From: Takakia lepidozioides
Lineage: Eukaryota; Plantae; Bryophyta
DNA length: 64,000 nucleotides
Direction of reading: 5' to 3'
NCBI GenBank assembly: GCA_030704615.1
Contig: CM060734.1
Coordinates: forward strand, 31,620,001-31,684,000
This document shows, piece after piece, positions 63,816 through 64,000 of this stretch; the first letter of the stretch is position 1; each line of letters starts with the position of its first letter. A model generated the notes under the pieces. The model was not told the origin of the DNA, searched no databases, and was given only the letters and a program-made list of their open reading frames with translations. Made by a program: the position numbers and the translations under genes.

Positions 63816-64000
63816 CACTAGAAGAGAAACCGGCTTTTTCCACGGCTTTTTCCACACTTTTTGTTGTGGAATCAGCCGCAGTCCACACCTGCCGTGGGTG
63901 TAAGAAACGACTAATGCTTTCGGACACCCCGTGGACGGCCTGGCTCTCGGGTGGCCCTGTGGAAAAGTCCACGGGTGGATTTTTTCACGGGGTGCATGGT
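63816..64000 (+). mobile_element. Left end of a CACTA element (runs off the window)
   Basis: CACTAGAAGAGAAACC followed by ccacgg/ccgtgg subterminal repeats. Confidence 0.7.

Overview
Eukaryotic nuclear DNA from a land plant, probably a seed-free lineage such as a hornwort or other bryophyte (inferred from gene and TE style, not proven). Six intact-looking host genes: a NACK/HINKEL-type kinesin-7 (+, 13 exons, 1001 aa), a small two-exon ASR (ABA/WDS) gene absent from the ORF track (-), farnesyl diphosphate synthase (-), an OPR1/2-type 12-oxophytodienoate reductase (-), a PADRE/DUF4228 gene (-) and a DCAF11/LEC14B WD40 gene (-). Positions ~9.7-31.8 kb and ~56-64 kb are nested transposon blocks. 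They hold a 117-bp satellite split by insertions, a degenerate Copia, LINEs, CACTA/hAT/Tc1-type MITEs, a Helitron end and a Ty3/gypsy pol. The most unusual signals are: (1) a decayed non-LTR retrotransposon with a PCIF1/CAPAM-like adenine-methyltransferase-fold region next to RNase H and a restriction-like endonuclease (Dualen/RandI-like); (2) a P-element-like transposase with C2H2 fingers and an AT-hook in a plant; (3) a Ty3/gypsy pol with a dUTPase-like domain before RT. All assignments come from motif recognition by eye; no searches were run.
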